A stretch of 64,000 bases of DNA from Pontiella sp. (lineage in GTDB: Bacteria > Verrucomicrobiota > Kiritimatiellia > Kiritimatiellales > Pontiellaceae), in contig JBNKHE010000002.1 of the NCBI GenBank assembly GCA_050290185.1, positions 96,001-160,000 on the forward strand. The letters run 5' to 3'. Position 1 is the first letter of the stretch; each line of letters starts with the position of its first letter. The notes beneath the pieces are model-generated. The model saw only the letters and a list, made by a program, of their open reading frames with translations, searched no databases and was not told the origin of the DNA. This document shows positions 9,134-18,256 of the stretch, in pieces. The position numbers and the translations under genes were made by a program.

Positions 9134-11233
9134 TTAATCGGATGCGCCGGCATTCAAAAGCCGGGCTTTTTCCACCAGGCGAATGAACTCGGAGCGGTAG
9201 CCTTCCGCATCTTCGCCACGGGCGGTTTTAGCGCGTTCTATGACTTTCCCAAAGCTCGCATTGCCCTTGAATTCGGAGTCACGCAGCAGGAGACCGAATT
9301 CGGCAACCTCGCTGGCGAAACGGAAATTATCCGACGGCCTGCGACCTTCAACATCAGCCGCGGCAACCGTGCGCACCAGCAGCTTGCTCACATCGCTGTC
9401 CGGTTGTTTGTAGCGCAGTTTCACCGTCATCAGGTCATCGCTATCAACCAGCTGTGTCCGCTGGTACATCAGTTCCTCCGCCACCGGAACGGTCTCACCG
9501 GATCCTGCCGGAATCAGCTCGTAGAGCGCGGTCACCGTATGTCCGGCGCCCAGTTCGCCCGCATCTTTTTTATCGTCGTCGAAATCCTCCTTGGCCAACA
9601 TGCGGTTTTCGTAGCCGATCAAACGGTAGGCCTTAATCTGGGCCGGGTTGAATTCCACCTGGATTTTCACATCCTTGGCGATGGTCAGCAGCGTACCGCC
9701 CATTTCGTTGACGAGCGTCTTCTTTGCCTCGAGGATATCGTCGATGTAGGCATAGTTGCCGTTGCCCTTGTCGGCCAGCTTTTCCATCTTGGAATCCTTG
9801 AGATTGCCACGACCGAATCCAAGCACGGTGAGGTAGATCCCGGACTTTCGTTTGTCCTCGATGATACGTACCAGCTCGCCGTCGGAACTGACGCCGATGT
9901 TAAAGTCGCCGTCGGTCGCAAGGATCACGCGGTTGTTGCCGTTCTTGATGAAGCCTTCCTGCGCAGTCCGGTAGGCCAGTTCAATGCCCGCCCCGCCCGC
10001 GGTGGAACCTCCGGCATTCAATCGTTCAATTGCCTCGGCGATCCGTTCCTTGTCGGCGGTCGGCTCCAACACCAGCCCGGCGGCACCGGCATAGACCACG
10101 ATGGAAACCCGGTCCTCGGGCCGAAGCTGATCGACCAGCAGACGCATGGCGGACTTCAACAACGGAAGCTTGTCGGGGCTGTCCATCGATCCGGAAACAT
10201 CCAGCAGGAAAACGAGATTGTTCGACGGGAGATCCCGGGTGTCGACCTTCACGCCCTGCAGCCCCACCATCGCCAGCTGGTGACCATCGTTCCATGGACA
10301 GTCGGCAACCTCCAGCGAGATGGCAAAGGGATCCTCGCCCTCGGGTTCCGGATAGTTATAGTCGAAGTAGTTGATCATCTCTTCGATGCGCACGGCATCG
10401 GGCGGAGGAAGCTGGTTGTCGTTCAGGAAGCGCCGCACATTGGCATAGGCCGCCCGGTCGACATCGATCGAGAACGTCGACAGCGGGTTGTCCATTGCCA
10501 TCTTGAAAGCGTTTTCCGGAATCCAATCATACTGTTCCGTATTGAAATCGGATGCCGCCCGAGCGCGAGAAAAAGCCCCCTCGCGTTTATACTGCACCAC
10601 CCCCGATGCACTGAATCCGTCCGTATCAAACAATGCAAGGCCGTACGTGGAGGACTTATCAGCGACGGCGCTTCCTCCGGCTAGCCTGGGCATACTAACG
10701 ATATCGGACGGCACCTGAACCGGAGCTTCCGCGCCTGCCTGTTTGGACTTCGCCACCACCTGCTTACCCCACTTGGCCTCGGGGATCGGCATCGAGCCTT
10801 TATCCACGGGTACATGGATCTCTTCCCGGGCTATTTCGACCGGCTCTTTCTTGATCGCTACCACCACCGGCTCATGTTTTTTCGGGAAGATATTGAACAC
10901 AACAACACTGCCGGAAATGACGATAAACAGCGACGCCAGCGCACCGGCGGCCAAGGTCGACTTGAACTGCGGGCTGTACCAGATTTTCCCGAACCAGTGG
11001 CCGGACCCGGTCTTTTTGCGATGAATGGCATACCAGGGCTTCAGCGTTTCGGGGGCCGGAGCGCCGGCCAGGGCGTCGCCCAGCAGGGAGAGCGCTACCC
11101 GTTGCGCTTCCAGTTCGGCGCGGCACGCCACGCAGCTTTCCAGATGCTGTTCTAGGGCGCATGATTCGCTTTCACCAAGTTCGCCGTGCATGTAGGCGAC
11201 CAACTGTTTTTCAAATTGATTACATTTTTTCAT
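9134..11233 (-). CDS. Zinc anti-sigma (zf-HC2)-TM-YfbK-like VWA protein, copy 1
   Basis: N-terminal C...HLESCVAC, one TM, STFSIDVD, VRIEEMINYF, MIDAS LLDVSGSM, ATDGDFN, YRLIGYENR, DAGELGAGH (DUF3520-type C-terminus). Confidence 0.88.
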   Translation of the reverse strand: MKKCNQFEKQLVAYMHGELGESESCALEQHLESCVACRAELEAQRVALSLLGDALAGAPAPETLKPWYAIHRKKTGSGHWFGKIWYSPQFKSTLAAGALASLFIVISGSVVVFNIFPKKHEPVVVAIKKEPVEIAREEIHVPVDKGSMPIPEAKWGKQVVAKSKQAGAEAPVQVPSDIVSMPRLAGGSAVADKSSTYGLALFDTDGFSASGVVQYKREGAFSRARAASDFNTEQYDWIPENAFKMAMDNPLSTFSIDVDRAAYANVRRFLNDNQLPPPDAVRIEEMINYFDYNYPEPEGEDPFAISLEVADCPWNDGHQLAMVGLQGVKVDTRDLPSNNLVFLLDVSGSMDSPDKLPLLKSAMRLLVDQLRPEDRVSIVVYAGAAGLVLEPTADKERIAEAIERLNAGGSTAGGAGIELAYRTAQEGFIKNGNNRVILATDGDFNIGVSSDGELVRIIEDKRKSGIYLTVLGFGRGNLKDSKMEKLADKGNGNYAYIDDILEAKKTLVNEMGGTLLTIAKDVKIQVEFNPAQIKAYRLIGYENRMLAKEDFDDDKKDAGELGAGHTVTALYELIPAGSGETVPVAEELMYQRTQLVDSDDLMTVKLRYKQPDSDVSKLLVRTVAAADVEGRRPSDNFRFASEVAEFGLLLRDSEFKGNASFGKVIERAKTARGEDAEGYRSEFIRLVEKARLLNAGASD

Positions 11234-11847
11234 GATACCACCCCCGCCTGGCGCAGGCTTTGGGTTAATTTGCGGGTTGCGGAATGGATCAGGGAACCGA
11301 CATAGCCTTCCGAGCGATTGATCACCGAGGCAATCTCCTTGTAGGACATCTCCTCCTGCAAACGCAGGACGAGCACTTCCCGTTCCTTCGGGCGCAGGGA
11401 ACCCAGGTGCTGCAATACCAACGCATGCCGCTCATCTCGATCGCGCCGCTTCTCATCATCATTGGCGGCATAGCGCTCTTCCTGCTTCGACTGCCGGTCA
11501 TGCAAGGACCGCAAGCGAGACTCCTTACGGATAAAGTCGACCGCCGCATTGTGCGTGGTCCGGAACAGCCATCCCTTGATAGGCACACGCCGGTTCATGA
11601 CTTTGTCCCAGTTTTCGTGAAGTCGGATGAACGCTTCCTGCACCACATCCTGGGCCGCATCCTGATTATTCAACACCCGCGTTGCATACCGGAGCAAGGT
11701 TGCCTGATATTGTTCCATAACACCCTCCAGATCCATTGATGCCGTATCCTTAACCGCAGGGGATGGCTCCAAAGGTGATTTATCGGCCTCAGGCTTTGTG
11801 CCGTGGATGATCTCTGTTTTCTTCATGTCCAACGTACCAAATACCAT
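11230..11847 (-). CDS. ECF sigma factor, copy 1
   Basis: AQDVVQEAFIRL, WLFRTTHN (region 2); LRPKEREVLVLR...MSYKEIA (region 4); ATGA overlap with the anti-sigma gene. Confidence 0.92.
   Translation of the reverse strand: MVFGTLDMKKTEIIHGTKPEADKSPLEPSPAVKDTASMDLEGVMEQYQATLLRYATRVLNNQDAAQDVVQEAFIRLHENWDKVMNRRVPIKGWLFRTTHNAAVDFIRKESRLRSLHDRQSKQEERYAANDDEKRRDRDERHALVLQHLGSLRPKEREVLVLRLQEEMSYKEIASVINRSEGYVGSLIHSATRKLTQSLRQAGVVS
11231..11267. repeat. Direct repeat at sigma/anti-sigma junction (copy A; copy B at 20831-20867)
   Basis: catgataccacccccgcctg/tgcgcaggctttgggtta, 36 of 37 nt identical, 9600 nt apart. Confidence 0.85.
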
Positions 11848-11898
11848 AGGTCGATCCCCTAGTCCATCGGTCCTGTCAATTTACGGACTTCATAGTGG

Positions 11899-11925
11899 AT
11901 ACGCCTTCCGGGTGTATTTTCTTTG
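11899..11925 (-). promoter_or_regulatory. Putative autoregulatory ECF promoter for sigma copy 1
   Basis: Minus strand CAAAGA-aaatacacccggaagg(16)-CGTAT; same boxes and spacing as 21410-21436. Confidence 0.7.
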
Positions 11926-11946
11926 CGGCGTCCCGAACAATATTTA

Positions 11947-14900
11947 TCACGCGCTCCGTCTCAGACGGCCCAGCCAGCATCCTGAAACCAGAATGAGACC
12001 GGCAGACAGAGCAACCACAACCGTCTGGACCGCACGTCCGCCCCGGGAGGGCGCGGCGCTGAACTTCACTTCCATCTCGGTATCGGACTGGAGCTGCAGC
12101 GTACGCGTGAATCCGAGTCGGGTTCCCTGCTGGGCCATGACCACCCGTATCGGATGGACTTCGACGGCAGCCGCCTGCTGCTGGTCGAGCATGCGTTCCG
12201 CAAGGTTACTCAGTGCACTGCTTTCCTTTTCACCCAATTGCGCCTCGATCTTCTGCACATCGTTACCCGACCATTGCTCGACCGGAACCATTTCGTTGCC
12301 ATCGGTCAGGTTCAGCGACTGCTTCAGCTGGTTGCGGCGGTTAACCAGTCCAACCACACCCTGCTGCCGCACCAGATTGCGGTACTGCACCCGGGCGTCC
12401 TCATTGAGATCCTGCTGTCCCTGCGAGTAGGAGATGGCCTGTTCGAACGCCTTGCGGGCACCGCGCTGATCACCGCTTTCCATGTAGCTGTTGGCCGTCA
12501 CGATGCTTTCCTTGGCGCTGTCGCCAAACTGCTGCGAGGTATCGGCGTTATAGCGGATGTATTCAGCTTCGCTGAAGGTCGCCATGCGCGACTTCCAGGG
12601 GGATGCCGCTTCCTGGTATTCCAGTGTTCCATCAAAGCCGGAATAGCGGTATCCATCCGGTGCATAAAACGTCCAGACCACATCGCGCAGGGGCAGCTTG
12701 AATTGCGGGCCCATAAAATCGAGCTTGCGACCAAACCAACTCTTTTTCCACGACTGGGCATACATGACCTCCACCGCCGCGGACTGGTCTGTCCCGGGTT
12801 CGATAGGAATCAGGTAGAGGCCCTCCTCCACCAGCGGGCGAACCGCAGTCTCGTTGACAAAGACCGACCAGATCTGCGCACCTTCCGGAAGCCGCATTTC
12901 AAGGAAGCGGAGCGCACCGGGATCGAGCGTCATGGCCATGTTGTTGAGGGTCTGGCCGTCCATGGTAATGAGTGAATCGAGCCGGACGGAGCGGACCTGC
13001 GCCGGCAGGACTTCGGCGGCATCATGGCGCACGGCATTGAGCTTCAGGGCATAATCGCGTTCGGTGGCGCGATAGCAGAGTACCGCATCGGACAGATCGC
13101 CGGCACCAAAGCGGTGCGGAATGCTGCGGGCATCCTCGGCTCGCAGCGACTCGGGAACCTCAGCCGGCTTGACCTGCAGGCGTCCACTGGAAAGAACCGT
13201 AATGTAGCCTTTCTGGCTGTCGGTGCCGACTGTCTGCAGCGGATGGATGACGAGTTCTGAATTGTCGTGGGCGAACGGAACCTGATACGCCACTTCCATA
13301 CCGTAGCGGTCTTCAACCTTGCCGTGCAGTTCCACTTCCCAGAGACCCTCTTCCTCATTGATTCTGCGCACCCGGGCAATGTTGCGTCCGGAAACCACCA
13401 GCGCAATGTCCGGACGCGGCGGCTGAAGCAGGAAGGTTTTCACGCCGGCATGCTCGATCTCGTATTGTACATAGCAACGGACCTTGAGCATTCCTTCCGA
13501 AAGCGCAATGCGTTGCAGAACTTCGGTCTTTACCTGGGGTTCGAGCACCTCCGAATGGAGATGGATCGACCAGTCGGGGCGCAACAGCCGGTAGGCCAGG
13601 CTGCCCTCCTGCCGGATACCCATCTCACGCGGATTGATTTCGCTGACGCCATCGCGCAACGCCGGTGTGATCCGGATACCGCGCTCCACAGTTACCCCCA
13701 GGGAGCCTGTATGCTTCAGTACCCCATCGATTCGGATGCGCGGCATCGTGAAATCCGCATCGAGGTCGCGGCCGGATCGGCTGAGCACCAGATTCAGCGG
13801 CACGTCTCCCAGGATCTGGCGCTTGAAGTTGACGACCACCTCACGGGCGGCACTATTCACTTCATCCCAATGACTGATGGCGTCGCCGGTCAGCGAATCG
13901 ACATCAAACCCCTCTGGAATCCGAATACGCAACGAAAAGATTCCGGACTTGCTGACCTTAATATTGAGTCGGCTCGTCATGCGCATCTGCTCAGTGGCGA
14001 TATCCAGGCTCGTGTCTTCGACCAGACGCAGCTCGGGCAGCACCTCGTCGGCCGAAACGTGGGCCGAAAACGGCAAGAGATTGTAGCGGAAGGCCCGCTT
14101 GATCGAGCCCTCGGCGGAAATCTCCAGAAGACGGGCGGCATCGCCGATATTGATTCCGCTCAGTGCATCGACCGACTCGATATCGATCTGAACCGCATCC
14201 GGCGAAGCCATCGCCACCACACCGCGCTGCATGGCGGCCCCCTGAACGGCGATCCCTTGGAGTGTGATATCGTAGGGGAGTTTGTCGCGCGCAATCTGCG
14301 CACCGATCTGCATGCGGTAAGACTCGGTGGCCGGCACCGACAGCACCACTTCCAGCAGGCCGGTATCGGGATCGTAGCGCCAGGTGGCCACTTCGCTGCC
14401 GCGAACCTCCGTAATGCTCATGCCGGCAGGAACATCGAACCGCAGGTTCTGCAACTCGCCCTGTGCAATGTTAAACCGGACATCGTGCCGCAGATCAACC
14501 ATACCGGGTTGGAAGTCGGCCAGCGTGTTGACATCGCAGAAAAAACGCGCCTGCTCCAGATCGGTTTTGCGTTCCTCGGGTTTCCAGCCAAGCGTGCATA
14601 GACTCGTTCGGCTGCCGAACAGCACCTCCGCCCGGACCCCTTCCTGCCGGATGCGGATGGCCTCTTTCGACTGCAGGTTCCATCCTTCGACCGGCAGGGT
14701 AATGACTGCCGCATTTTGCAGGGATGCGGGAATCCAAAGGTTTGCGTTCCATACGCCTTCGTCATAATCCGCTTCCACCAGATAATCGACCGACACCTTG
14801 TATTTCCCACCGCGTTCCACGTGCAGCGTGCATCCGTTTTCATCCTGCACAACCTGCAGACGGCGCGAGGACAGATCGTAGTTCTTAATCACGAAACCGG

Positions 14901-17900
14901 GCCCAAGAAGCTGGAGCGTTTCGCCTTCTTCAGCCTTCATTTCCAGTTCCATGTGCACATTAACATTCACGCGGCTTTCGGTTTCGAACTCCGGCACGGA
15001 AACCGTCAAATCAACGCGTTGCGCCACTGCAGATTTGGGTGTCGACGGTTCTTCCTTGCCCTGTACCGTCGTGCATCCGGCGGCCAAAACCGCCATCACG
15101 GCCAGAATCAGGCCCAACAGCCTGATCTGTACCGAACCCTCCGAACCGGTGGTCGGCATTTCGGGCTGATAGGCGGGCATCTTTTTTTCGCCACGCCGTT
15201 CCGGGTCGCTTTCACCGGACCGGCGACCGGCCAGCCAACAGGTGGTAAACAGCAACGCCAGCGGGAACAGAAGGGTTACCCATGCCAGATAGGGGCTGAA
15301 GGCGCAGACTGCGGCCAGTAACGCAACTGCCGGCATCAGCAGTTTTTGTTTTCGCGTAATCAGCACCCACCCCAGCGGCACCAGGCCCACCAATAACAGC
15401 AGCAGGGTTTGAGCGGCTTCATATCCGGCTCCTACCATTTTAAGATTCACCAACAATCCACCGTCGGAACCGGAAACCGACTTGGTGAAGACCCACTCCG
15501 TCGGTATATCGGCCGATACGGTAAGCATTCCAAGTACAACATACAGCGCCACACCGCCAACCACCAGAACCCCACCCAGCTCAACGAGGACCAGTAAAAA
15601 CCGGATAAAGGAAAAACCACGCAGGCGTCCGCGCAAATACAGCGCAGCAGCCAATAACGCCACGGCAACGATCCAGAAGACCAGCATTTCAGAGCCAAAG
15701 TTCAACAGCATGGCTCCCAGTCCCGTTTTCCGACCGGACAACGGTCCTGGCATTTCCATATTCCCCTTAGCAGAGGCAAGACGTTTCCCGTCCGGCAACC
15801 GGAATGCCCAGCGGGCGAAAACCGCCTGGGCGTCCACTTCAGGGGCCTTGAATTCCATCCAGGAAACCATGCCCGGCTCCTTGAGCTGCTGGGCATAAGT
15901 GATCTCCACCTTGAGCGGAGCGTTGGGATCGCGCCGGCGTTCCACCGGAATCAGTACTTCACCGTCACCACGATCGAGAACCTGGGTCTTGCTCCCCTCC
16001 ACCTTGACAGACCACAGCGATGCATCCTCCGGAAGGCGCATCGAGAAATATTGGCGGTCCGTATTCTTGACGTGATAAACTGCCACGGTGACGGCTTCGC
16101 CGTCCTTGCTGATGGTGGTGTCGAAGGTGGTATGATCCGCCACCTGGGTCAACAGTGGCTGGATTGAGAAACGCTTGATCCGCACCTGCGCCTCGTGCGG
16201 AGTGGCCACATACTTGTAGGCATGCATGATCGTATCGTTGACCAGCAATGCATACTCTTCCGGAATCTCGCCGACATCAATCGGCAGGATGGTCGTATCA
16301 TGCCCGATTTCCTCATCGAGCGAGAGATTGGCGGCACCGGCCAGAGCGATATAGCCCGTTTCATTTTCGATATCCAGCGTTCGAATCCCGCCGAGCAACA
16401 GCTCTTCCCCCTGGTATTTTGCCGGATGATCGTAGGTGACCAGCAACGTGTAGTCGCCGAGTACCTTCTGCTGAAGATGGATCGTCCATTCATCGCCGTC
16501 CCGCGTCCAATTGCGGATATCCCGCCCGTGCAACTCCACATTACGGTATGCCGGCGGAACCCGCAGTGTAAAACTGCGCGTCGGCGCATTGGCTACGTTG
16601 TAGGTGACCAGACAGCTGCCAAATACCCCACTCTCGCCCAGTGAAACCAGCTGGAACGATTCAGCATGGATCGACGATTCCTCCTGGCGGACGCTGACGC
16701 GTCCGGACCAGTCCGGGCTCTTGAACCGGAAAGCCTGCCGCGCATCGGTAATCCGGATCGGCAGCGAGCCGGTATTCACTTCGCGCAACCCGGCAAGGTC
16801 GGTTCCCTCCAGACGGGTTCCCGTTTCGCCACGTAGCACAAGGAAGCCACGCTCGGACCGGGCCCCCGACACCTTGAATGTGGGAATGCCGAAACCCGTG
16901 GCCCCTTCCGGCAGGGTTCTTTCCAGCCGCACCTGAAGTAACGTGCGCGTGTCCACCGCCTTTTTGAAATAGACCTTGATCCAACGCGAACCCTCGCGGT
17001 CGCGCACATCGTAGTCCGCCACGTTCTGGCCTTCCACGGCGGCAACGGTCCAATCCTTCGATACCTCCAGTTCCACCTCCCGGGTGGGTGCGTCGCGAAC
17101 TTCGAGATCGACCTTTGCGTCGACCGAGGCATCAAATTCGCTCAAAGCCAGCACCAACTGATTTTCCGCATCGAGCGAGGTCACAATGTTATCGGCCGTG
17201 AGCTTCATACTGAATGGCATGTTTGCGAACATATAGGCATACAGTCCGCGCGCCGGCCGGCTGAGTGGGTCCCAGTTGATGGCATCCGGTTCCACCTGGG
17301 TCAGTCCACCCAATCCATCGACCAGCAACTTGATGGTGCTGTCCGTGCCCACCAGCACCACGCCGTTGGCGCGGATAACATCCTGCGGCTCAATAACCGG
17401 AAATTCAAAGGAACAGGGAAAATCCGAAAGCGACTGCTCCGCCTGCACCGTCAGAACATATTGTTTTTCGTGGGGACGGCTTAGCTCGACATGCAGCTGG
17501 CGCGCCGTATCGTTTCCACGTACATCCCAGGAGAGAACATCTTCGCCGTTGACCTGGATAATGTTCAGGCCGGCCGGCAGCGCCAGCGAGAGTTCCTTCA
17601 TGCGGCCCTGCGGAATGGTGTAGATAAACTGTCCCTGCAACAACAGGGCGCCGACTTTGGCCGAGCCCACAAAAATGCTGTCGCACGAGGCTACGAGTTC
17701 CCCGGAAAGTTTTTCGAGTTCGGGGCTCCAATCGATCCGTACCGTACCGGTCGGCGGCAGATAGGCCTGAAGGCGTTTTTCGTCGAGTTTCTCCGTGCTC
17801 GGGGCGTTGGCCACCTCGACCTTGTAGCCCTCTTTTTCGGCATCCAGCGTGATTTTTCGCACCGTGGCGGACGGCAGCCCGAAAACCGCCGCCCGCCGCT

Positions 17901-18216
17901 GACCGGAGGAGAAGACCTTGGCTTCAAAATCGATTTCGACGTCCTGCTTGCCGTTCTTGCCAAACTCGATGTAGTAAGTGCCGTCCTCCAGCACCATCTC
18001 CGCACCGCGCGGCAAATCCAGTTTTGTGGGAACCACGCCGCCCTCCAGCACCATGATGCGAACCGGAGCCCCTTCAACCTGCGCCTCGAACGTCATTTTC
18101 AGGGCCAGCTCATCTTCGGAAATTCGGCCTGTCAGTTCTACCTGCTTGATCGCCACATCAGCCACGGCCACACCGGCGAGCAGACACATCAAAAAAACCA
18201 TCCATATACGTTTCAT
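11947..18216 (-). CDS. 2089-aa exported/membrane hypothetical protein with twofold internal duplication
   Basis: Signal peptide, beta-rich repeats, central cluster of TM segments, C-terminal TM anchor with basic tail (GRLRRSA); GGAGG-like RBS upstream. Confidence 0.8.
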   Translation of the reverse strand: MKRIWMVFLMCLLAGVAVADVAIKQVELTGRISEDELALKMTFEAQVEGAPVRIMVLEGGVVPTKLDLPRGAEMVLEDGTYYIEFGKNGKQDVEIDFEAKVFSSGQRRAAVFGLPSATVRKITLDAEKEGYKVEVANAPSTEKLDEKRLQAYLPPTGTVRIDWSPELEKLSGELVASCDSIFVGSAKVGALLLQGQFIYTIPQGRMKELSLALPAGLNIIQVNGEDVLSWDVRGNDTARQLHVELSRPHEKQYVLTVQAEQSLSDFPCSFEFPVIEPQDVIRANGVVLVGTDSTIKLLVDGLGGLTQVEPDAINWDPLSRPARGLYAYMFANMPFSMKLTADNIVTSLDAENQLVLALSEFDASVDAKVDLEVRDAPTREVELEVSKDWTVAAVEGQNVADYDVRDREGSRWIKVYFKKAVDTRTLLQVRLERTLPEGATGFGIPTFKVSGARSERGFLVLRGETGTRLEGTDLAGLREVNTGSLPIRITDARQAFRFKSPDWSGRVSVRQEESSIHAESFQLVSLGESGVFGSCLVTYNVANAPTRSFTLRVPPAYRNVELHGRDIRNWTRDGDEWTIHLQQKVLGDYTLLVTYDHPAKYQGEELLLGGIRTLDIENETGYIALAGAANLSLDEEIGHDTTILPIDVGEIPEEYALLVNDTIMHAYKYVATPHEAQVRIKRFSIQPLLTQVADHTTFDTTISKDGEAVTVAVYHVKNTDRQYFSMRLPEDASLWSVKVEGSKTQVLDRGDGEVLIPVERRRDPNAPLKVEITYAQQLKEPGMVSWMEFKAPEVDAQAVFARWAFRLPDGKRLASAKGNMEMPGPLSGRKTGLGAMLLNFGSEMLVFWIVAVALLAAALYLRGRLRGFSFIRFLLVLVELGGVLVVGGVALYVVLGMLTVSADIPTEWVFTKSVSGSDGGLLVNLKMVGAGYEAAQTLLLLLVGLVPLGWVLITRKQKLLMPAVALLAAVCAFSPYLAWVTLLFPLALLFTTCWLAGRRSGESDPERRGEKKMPAYQPEMPTTGSEGSVQIRLLGLILAVMAVLAAGCTTVQGKEEPSTPKSAVAQRVDLTVSVPEFETESRVNVNVHMELEMKAEEGETLQLLGPGFVIKNYDLSSRRLQVVQDENGCTLHVERGGKYKVSVDYLVEADYDEGVWNANLWIPASLQNAAVITLPVEGWNLQSKEAIRIRQEGVRAEVLFGSRTSLCTLGWKPEERKTDLEQARFFCDVNTLADFQPGMVDLRHDVRFNIAQGELQNLRFDVPAGMSITEVRGSEVATWRYDPDTGLLEVVLSVPATESYRMQIGAQIARDKLPYDITLQGIAVQGAAMQRGVVAMASPDAVQIDIESVDALSGINIGDAARLLEISAEGSIKRAFRYNLLPFSAHVSADEVLPELRLVEDTSLDIATEQMRMTSRLNIKVSKSGIFSLRIRIPEGFDVDSLTGDAISHWDEVNSAAREVVVNFKRQILGDVPLNLVLSRSGRDLDADFTMPRIRIDGVLKHTGSLGVTVERGIRITPALRDGVSEINPREMGIRQEGSLAYRLLRPDWSIHLHSEVLEPQVKTEVLQRIALSEGMLKVRCYVQYEIEHAGVKTFLLQPPRPDIALVVSGRNIARVRRINEEEGLWEVELHGKVEDRYGMEVAYQVPFAHDNSELVIHPLQTVGTDSQKGYITVLSSGRLQVKPAEVPESLRAEDARSIPHRFGAGDLSDAVLCYRATERDYALKLNAVRHDAAEVLPAQVRSVRLDSLITMDGQTLNNMAMTLDPGALRFLEMRLPEGAQIWSVFVNETAVRPLVEEGLYLIPIEPGTDQSAAVEVMYAQSWKKSWFGRKLDFMGPQFKLPLRDVVWTFYAPDGYRYSGFDGTLEYQEAASPWKSRMATFSEAEYIRYNADTSQQFGDSAKESIVTANSYMESGDQRGARKAFEQAISYSQGQQDLNEDARVQYRNLVRQQGVVGLVNRRNQLKQSLNLTDGNEMVPVEQWSGNDVQKIEAQLGEKESSALSNLAERMLDQQQAAAVEVHPIRVVMAQQGTRLGFTRTLQLQSDTEMEVKFSAAPSRGGRAVQTVVVALSAGLILVSGCWLGRLRRSA

Positions 18217-18256
18217 ATTCCACCTCGTCAGTTAATCGTCCCCAAATACTTGCCAA

